Positions 44,823-44,977 of a stretch of DNA of 44,977 bases are shown here, piece after piece (the first letter of the stretch is position 1; each line of letters starts with the position of its first letter). The stretch lies in IMG/VR virus record IMGVR_UViG_3300004633_000002, positions 1 through 44,977 of that record. One strand, written 5' to 3'. Both the position numbers and the translations under genes were made by a program. Source of the stretch: a virus (taxonomy: Duplodnaviria; Caudoviricetes). The notes under the pieces were generated by a model. The model saw only the letters and a program-made list of their open reading frames with translations, was not told the DNA's origin and did not search any database.

Positions 44823-44977
44823 GGAGAATGTCATTCGCTTGGAGGCCAAGCTGGGCAGCCTGGCCAGGACCGGCCGTACTGCGCTGGTGTGCTTCTACGT
44901 ACGCGGCCAGGAGGACGACCTGGCGGCGCTCTCGCGGGCTGGTGAGGGCGACCTGTACCTGGCCGTGGTGATGGTCC
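44812..44977 (+). CDS. N-terminal part of the junction-spanning hypothetical protein (ends at 135)
   Basis: GAGGAG RBS, ATG at 44812, MATEENVIRLEAKLG..., in frame with 1-135. Confidence 0.75.
   Translation, partial: MATEENVIRLEAKLGSLARTGRTALVCFYVRGQEDDLAALSRAGEGDLYLAVVMV
44878..44977. repeat. Terminal direct repeat, copy 2
   Basis: Identical to 1-100. Confidence 0.95.

Noticed and set aside
44878-44977. Terminal repeat as a biological DTR
   Set aside because: Exactly 100 bp and falls mid-ORF; best explained as an assembly overlap of a circular contig.

Overview
The window is a complete, circularly assembled temperate phage genome of about 44,877 bp; positions 1-100 are repeated at 44878-44977. 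It is high-GC and podovirus-like: terminase, portal, large Q/P-rich internal (ejection) proteins including a 2330-aa lysozyme/C39/LPD38-like polyvalent protein, scaffold, HK97-type capsid, adaptor, collagen-repeat fibres and a nozzle, with no tape measure or tail tube. It also carries a peptidase/holin lysis pair, a tyrosine integrase with a divergent immunity region, Bet/RecT, an AAA_25-type helicase and a stand-alone secreted Rpf transglycosylase. These point to a monoderm high-GC host such as Actinomycetota or Chloroflexota (inference). The outstanding feature is the leftward operon at about 7740->2190. It is punctuated by five circularly permuted (P5-type) twister self-cleaving ribozymes with covarying pseudoknot pairs and is preceded by a ~500-nt structured non-coding leader. 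Every uncoupled start in it sits in a conserved hairpin with a G-AGUAG-U loop. The freed 5' end of each cleavage product is complementary to a sequence next to, or overlapping, that RBS hairpin. This suggests an RNA-only system that cuts an early operon (small host-takeover genes, a PAPS-reductase-like protein and a C5 methyltransferase) into separately stabilised and translationally switched mRNAs. Other oddities are an apparent ATT start for the major capsid protein, a candidate UUU_CGG +1 frameshift in the lysin, and visible avoidance of SAGCTS and CTCGAG sites. All calls were made by eye from the sequence and the ORF track; no database searches were run.
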